A stretch of 60,270 nt of DNA, filler included, from Bipalium vagum (Eukaryota): NCBI GenBank assembly GCA_037834085.1. It is 3 parts of 3 records of this genome, joined end to end, with 100 filler letters (N's around TTAATTAATTAA, not from the genome) between each part and the next. Parts side by side here need not be neighbours in the genome. Positions count along the whole stretch, not along the records: positions 43,447 to 60,270 come from JBBMKC010092042.1; 2 more parts are not named here. The stretch is one strand, 5' to 3'. Positions 54,982-60,270 of this stretch are shown in pieces. The translations under genes were made by a program, and so were the position numbers. The notes under the pieces are model-generated. The model was given only the letters and a program-made list of their open reading frames with translations. It was not told the DNA's origin and searched no databases. Each line of letters begins with the position of its first letter. Position 1 is the stretch's first letter.

Positions 54982-57900
54982 ATATGCAATGTGCATTGAT
55001 TTAAGCGTCGATTACTCTCCGTGAAATATTGATTCCAGATCTTATTACACAACGGTCGATATAAAGTTGAAGAAATGGGTTGAAAGTTCTTTGCCAAAAG
55101 AAACGATCAATCTCTTTGAAAAAGTTTTCATTGACCAATTGAAACGAGTCGACGAGACGAGCGAATCTAAATCGGAGGATTCAAAACTTTATAGACCGTT
55201 GAAAAATGAGGTATACAAAGAAAGCTTTGACAAATACAAATGGGATCCTAAAGCACATTCGGCCTTGGTTAATGCTAAATTTGGATAGAGGTTTTCATTT
55301 AATGGTTACTTTTAGAAAGTCATTCAATCAGAAGCTCTCAGTGATTTTACGATAAAGACCAAATCTGATTGGGAAAATGCTGTCAAGTTTCTCGTTAGTT
55401 CTCTCGAAGATCAGTTAAAGAAAAGTGGCTTTGTCAATTAATTTTTGGCATTATTTTTTTCTCATTTGCAGCTCGAAAGATCAAAGACAGTTTGAAAGGA
55501 CCGGGTGGTGTATATTCTTGGTTGACGTGGTCATCGAAGAGTGAAGTCCAAAACAAAAGATCGCATGTCATGGAAGAATTGAAGAAAACTTTTCAAAACG
55601 ATTTTGTTAGCTGATTTGTTTCTTTAAATCTCTTTGATTGTTCTTTCTCTTTTTCCAGACTCACAAAATGGCTTTGACGTCCGATGAAATAACATCAATT
55701 CGAAGGAACTTGCAATTGAAAAAGATTACCGTTGATGCCGATTTTGTAAGAATGTTTTTTAATATATACATCTAATATAATTAATAGTATATATTATTGA
55801 AATTAATTACTATAATCATATAATACACATTATAATTGATTTTTTTATTAATTATTTTATTTTTATAATATAATAAAAAATTTAAGTATAAAAAATAATA
55901 TATAATGTAATATAATAAATTAAAAATATATATTAATATTTTTATTAAATTTAATATTGATATTATCTCTGTTATTTATTAATTATTAATATTATTATAT
56001 ATATTAATTTTAATATCTGTAAAAATAATAAAATTAATAATAACAAAAAAATAAATCAATAATATTAACCTTTTTGTAATATTAAATTACAGGATCTGTC
56101 TGCTATTTGAGGACAAAAATTGTTAAAATATATCATGATAATTTTAGTGGCACTAAAATTTATTTCCAATATTTATTGATACAACATTAAGTAATTATTT
56201 TTTAATTTAGTAGTGGAAGAGATGACTTTTGAATTAACACAAGAAATGAGTTAATGCAGTTATTGTTGCATTAGCCGTCGAACAAGTGACTTCGAAATTT
56301 CTTAATGTGGCCAGATCGTAATTGACACTGAAGGCGATTTTATTGAATAAATAAAACTTGTGTACTTAAAACAAATAAAGTCTCATATTGCTTAAAAATA
56401 TACATTCTGTTCATTAAAAATATTACTTACTTTTAATATCAATTTTTGTCCTCAAATAGCTGACGCACCCTGTATATTATTATTATTTTATTATTATTAT
56501 CATTACCATTCTGATCGCTCTTATCTAAATTATCTGATCCTTTAGATCAAAGAAACTTGGACCATTGTTTATCGCGAACATCTCTATGAACAATCGTTAT
56601 CGACCGCACGAGACTGTTTGAAAGGGTTTTATCATTACGAAAAAGACATTAACGATAGCGGATTCGATTGCCGTGACGTTGTGATGTTTTGGAGATTGTC
56701 AAAAATGCTCCAAGCCTCAGCCAGTGCTATTCGAATGCACATAATCAATAATGAAAGTAAGATTTATCACAAGTACATTGATATTCAATTTTTATGAACA
56801 ATCACTACTTGGCAAAACTGTCAATTTCCACGTTTTAGCTTTTTTAACAAAATATTGTATAATAATATCGATCGATTTTGACAGTTTAAATCATTTGCTT
56901 TTGTCTGTTTTCATCACAATTTTAACTCATCTAACCACATCGGAACGATGATCAATATTCCAAGATAAATTCCATAGTTAATTTTCTTTTTCTTTATTTT
57001 TAAAGGTTAGTTTTATCGATTATTTAATGAAATCGATACAATCCTAGACATAACCTGTTTGTGATCAATAAAATAAAAATATCCATGTTTTATGGAACAA
57101 GATCCTCGTTTGAGTTCTGTCTTGAGTTGGTTTGGATTAGTCTCATAACTCTTCTTTAAATCCTCTAGATTGAGATTGATTTGGTCTCTTTTTAAGTCAA
57201 TTATTTTCAGTTAACAAAATTATTGGTTGTCTTGGAGCTGTGGGGTGCGACAAAGTGAATTTAGATAGGTCATTTATATCAAATCAAAGTTTGCCAACCT
57301 ATTATGTGATGGACCTTCGTAAATTGGAGCTCATTCCTCTTAATGATGTTTTTGTATTGAGGTTAGGGAAAATAATCCGCCATGACCAAAGTACACATTT
57401 ATTATAAACTTTTTAATGTCTTTTCCCAAGTTTTTATTTAGTTCTTTTGTTAATTGTAATTGAAGTAATAATAATAATAAAATAATCATAATAAATAATA
57501 AAAATAAAAGTAATAATAATAATAATAAATGACCGTATGAGTTATTTTCTTACTATAATAAATTTATATTTTAAATCACAAAATAAATATTTTAATTAAA
57601 TGACGTTACGAAAATCTGATTCTTAAATGATATTTTGTTTTATTAATCTAAATTAGGACATCGTGTTAAAGCATACACCTCAAACGATGTGTTATCTGAA
57701 GTAGAAAAGAAGGACAATAATATTCAAATAATTCTTATTAATAATAATGAGTTATTTATTATCTTTGATTTTCAACTGCATGACAGAATTCTGTTGGCAG
57801 TCTAAGTAAATATTTGTCACGACTAACAGTACCGTTGAAGAATATCGGTCTAATTATTTCCTTGAAAGAAATGGCGCACCAAACCCATGATAGGTTAACA

Positions 57901-58676
57901 TCTTTTTCCAAAATGACATGTGAGTTAACAGTGTTCCAGTTTACACAATTATGGTTATTGACTACCATATTGTATCTTAAAGGATTTCATCTTACACTTT
58001 ACTCATAAAAAATTTCATAAACTCTAATCGCCCATCTTCATCTCCATCAATCACACTTTGTAACAGATGAGGGATGTACGTTCTCATCTTCAAGTTCTTT
58101 AATATTCATCAAACAATTCTCACACTGAAATTCAACTGTGAAGAAAGTCGAATATTCGGTTTCTGAGGAGCGCTCAACAATAACCCCCTTGTTCCAAAAG
58201 CCTTCTTTCTGGCTGTTGCTAAAATTGACCTTCCTTACTCTTCCTGGTGTTTTTAACTTCCTAATTAAACTTATGATGTTTCTACTCTGCACCTCCCATA
58301 ATGAAGCTGAATTTCTTTCACTTTTTTTATATATTCAAAGACTCAAACGTTCTTCTATGTCCAAAACCGAAAAATCGATATCTTCGTCTTAACTGTTCGT
58401 TGATCTGCATTTTCGAAAATGATCAACGTCCGTTTATTTAGACCGCCGTCTTGAGAGAGTCATTAAAGAAGAGTTGGAAAACATTCTTATTGACGACGAC
58501 AAGTTGAATCGATTGATTACGGGTGACAGAGCCACATTGGCGGAAGATTTGAGTAACGCTTTGTTAATCGATCTGTTAAGTTTTAATGATTTTTTTCCAA
58601 TTGTTTAGAAAAGATTCGAGTGATACAAGAAAAACTGGAAACGTTTATCCAATCTCTGAAAACTAAAAGTCTATAA
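45815..58676 (+). CDS. OPA1: Mitochondrial dynamin-like GTPase OPA1 (19 exons, ~893 aa)
   Basis: Phase-consistent exons: 45815-45976, 46026-46142, 46187-46226, 46270-46358, 46409-46468, 47347-47454, 49326-49397, 49452-49908, 49982-50112, 51694-51766, 53779-53967, 54140-54374, 55039-55267, 55316-55424, 55472-55605, 55659-55745, 56546-56756, 58442-58552, 58609-58676. Motifs: basic presequence-like N-terminus with [101 protein letters not shown]. Confidence 0.96.
48015..48509. mobile_element. TA-flanked MITE (Tc1/mariner type) with tandem sub-repeats in its TIRs, in an OPA1 intron
   Basis: TA|CAGGATTATGCAGAAATATATAGAAAA ... TTTTCTATATATTTCTGCGTAACCCTG|TA. A ~21-22-bp unit (CAGAAATATATAGAAAAATATT) occurs about 3 times on the left and, inverted, about 4 times on the right. 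Confidence 0.82.
50280..50950 (-). mobile_element. Decayed mariner (mellifera-like) in an OPA1 intron
   Basis: Minus strand: [35 protein letters not shown]. Confidence 0.75.
54949..54977. repeat. (TA)n microsatellite
   Basis: Direct reading. Confidence 0.9.
56088..56474 (+). mobile_element. Non-autonomous deletion derivative of a DD37D/maT-like element
   Basis: TA-flanked TIRs CAGGATCTGTCTGCTATTTGAGGACAAAAATTG / CAATTTTTGTCCTCAAATAGCTGACGCACCCTG. Inside, the transposase N-terminus (AVIVAL...FLNVARS) is fused to the C-terminus (IDTEGDFIE*). Confidence 0.8.
57740..58400 (-). mobile_element. Tc1/mariner-superfamily (DD37D/DD41D-like) transposase remnant
   Basis: VNNHNCVNW...[26 protein letters not shown] and upstream [10 protein letters not shown]. 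Confidence 0.7.
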
Positions 58677-59419
58677 CCATTCTGATTTTAGTTCTTATTG
58701 ATTTCGACAAAATATGTTAGCTCAGAGAATTTGTTGTAACTGTTTTGCAATGTTCTTTTGAGGAGTCTTCCTCAAATACTTGAAATAAAGGTTCGACGTC
58801 TTGTCTTCAAAAAATATAATTTGTTCCATTTTATTTAATAATTTAAATTATCAAAAATTATTATTAATACTTTAGCTCAAAGGGCCATTTTATGAGGCTT
58901 TTAGTTAACTCTTTCCTGTTTATTTTCGGGTAAACCCAGCAATGTTTATGGACATAAACGTTAGATTTAATTAGTGACCTGTGAATATTTGAACTCTTTG
59001 AAGGAGGAATCATTAGAGGAATTACAATAATATAAAATAGTGTATAAAATGATAATAATTGTTCCGGAAAAATAAAAAATCTGTTTCACACAGATAACAG
59101 AGACAAATGAATAATGATCATTTTATATGGCATTAATTCTGCCATTATTCGACCAAACAACTTTGACCATAATTTTAGACAATGTTCACACAACGTTGTG
59201 GTCGCCAATAATATTTTTGTCTTTCACAATCTTCTCAACAAAAGTGAGGTAAAAGTTATTGAGATCCATCAGAATGACCCGTGTCAATTTTGCGAATTTT
59301 AATTCAAGAACAAAAATCATAAAAGATCCTCTCGCACATTTCGCACACAATTATGAGTAGAAAAAGACGTAACATTTGGTTAATGATTTATTTTGATAAA
59401 AGCAAATAAAATACAAGTT

Positions 59420-59970
59420 TTATTCAGCCTCCACTTTTCCTAGTAACACCTTTTGACAATCATCCAACTTCCGGTATCCGGCAAAGCAAAGCTTCTCGAA
59501 TTTTTTATGGTCCCTGTCACATTGTGTGTCAACCTTTTCGTAGTGGTCTATAAACCATTCCTGGTATTGTGTCAATTTCCCGATACATTCTTCTGTGCTT
59601 TTGTCCTCACACGTGCTTAGATAATTCTTTAACTTGGAATAGACTCCATGGTGAATTTCCAAGTATTTAGAGTTACAGATCTTCGCTATACTGTGAAGAT
59701 GCACCTAACCCTGGTGCTTAAAGTCATTTGTACACATTCCTCTTCATTGATTGCCCTTTTCAAAAGTGTATCACCTAAAATAAAATTAATGAAGGGATTC
59801 TTCAAATCTTCATTACCTGTGTGGAGACTACGACCAAACCCTCTTCCAAAAACTGCAAAAACTTCGACAATATCAAAATCAAGCGGATCATCAAACCCTT
59901 CGACAATATCAAAGCCAAGTGGATCTACGGATATTCAATAAATAAAAACTTTTGATCATTGTGTGCATGA
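59420..59970 (-). pseudogene. Disrupted or unresolved orphan gene, Cys-rich helical protein-like
   Basis: 94-codon open frame 59704-59420 with 6 Cys and protein-like composition. It is preceded by an in-frame TAG and by a second open frame (DPLGFDIVEGFDDPLDFDIVEVF...AINEEEC) that needs a frameshift or splice to join. GC is higher than in the flanks. Confidence 0.4.
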
Positions 59971-60270
59971 ATTTGAAACTTTATCTTTATTATTGATCGG
60001 AGAATGTGCATGTATATTAAAATTCGAAATATATTTATTGTAAAATTGTTTATATTTAATCGTTAGTTGTCAACAATTTTGACCAAAAAGTAGTAAAATT
60101 ATCAATAATTAAAATAATTAAATAATCGATAATAATGATAATAATTGAAAATATAGGTATTATTATTTTATTCCCAAAGAAAAATTTTTAAGCAACATTA
60201 AGTTACTAAAAATAGAATTTTGGGAAATAAATTTTATAGTTTTATTAAAATTAGAAATAAAATAATATAA

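Noticed and set aside
1002-58676. Functional cluster of INTS1, kinase, SHIP and OPA1
   Set aside because: Unrelated housekeeping functions, separated by assembly joins, with no shared regulatory signal visible.

Overview
AT-rich eukaryotic (metazoan) genomic scaffold, standard genetic code, GT-AG introns that are either very short (~43-70 nt) or inflated by transposon debris. Three spliced genes on the + strand can be rebuilt exon by exon with consistent reading phase: INTS1 (1002-8677, 12 exons, ~2259 aa), a SHIP-type (INPP5D/INPPL1) inositol polyphosphate 5-phosphatase (at least 14 exons, 19332-~39452, ends unresolved) and OPA1 (45815-58676, 19 exons, ~893 aa). There is also an intronless Ser/Thr kinase (11005-11982) and a disrupted Cys-rich orphan at the right end. 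Intergenic DNA and the large introns are a graveyard of decayed DNA transposons: several mariner subfamilies, Tc1, DD37D/maT-like, hAT, Chapaev3-like, and MITEs. Three assembly gaps are present, two with an artificial TTAATTAATTAA linker. I found no convincing new multi-gene system. The best leads are the apparently SH2-less SHIP with a 17-nt micro-exon, the intronless kinase island with coding-like relics, the many GTT splice donors, and the orphan gene relic. All homology calls come from motif recognition, not database searches.
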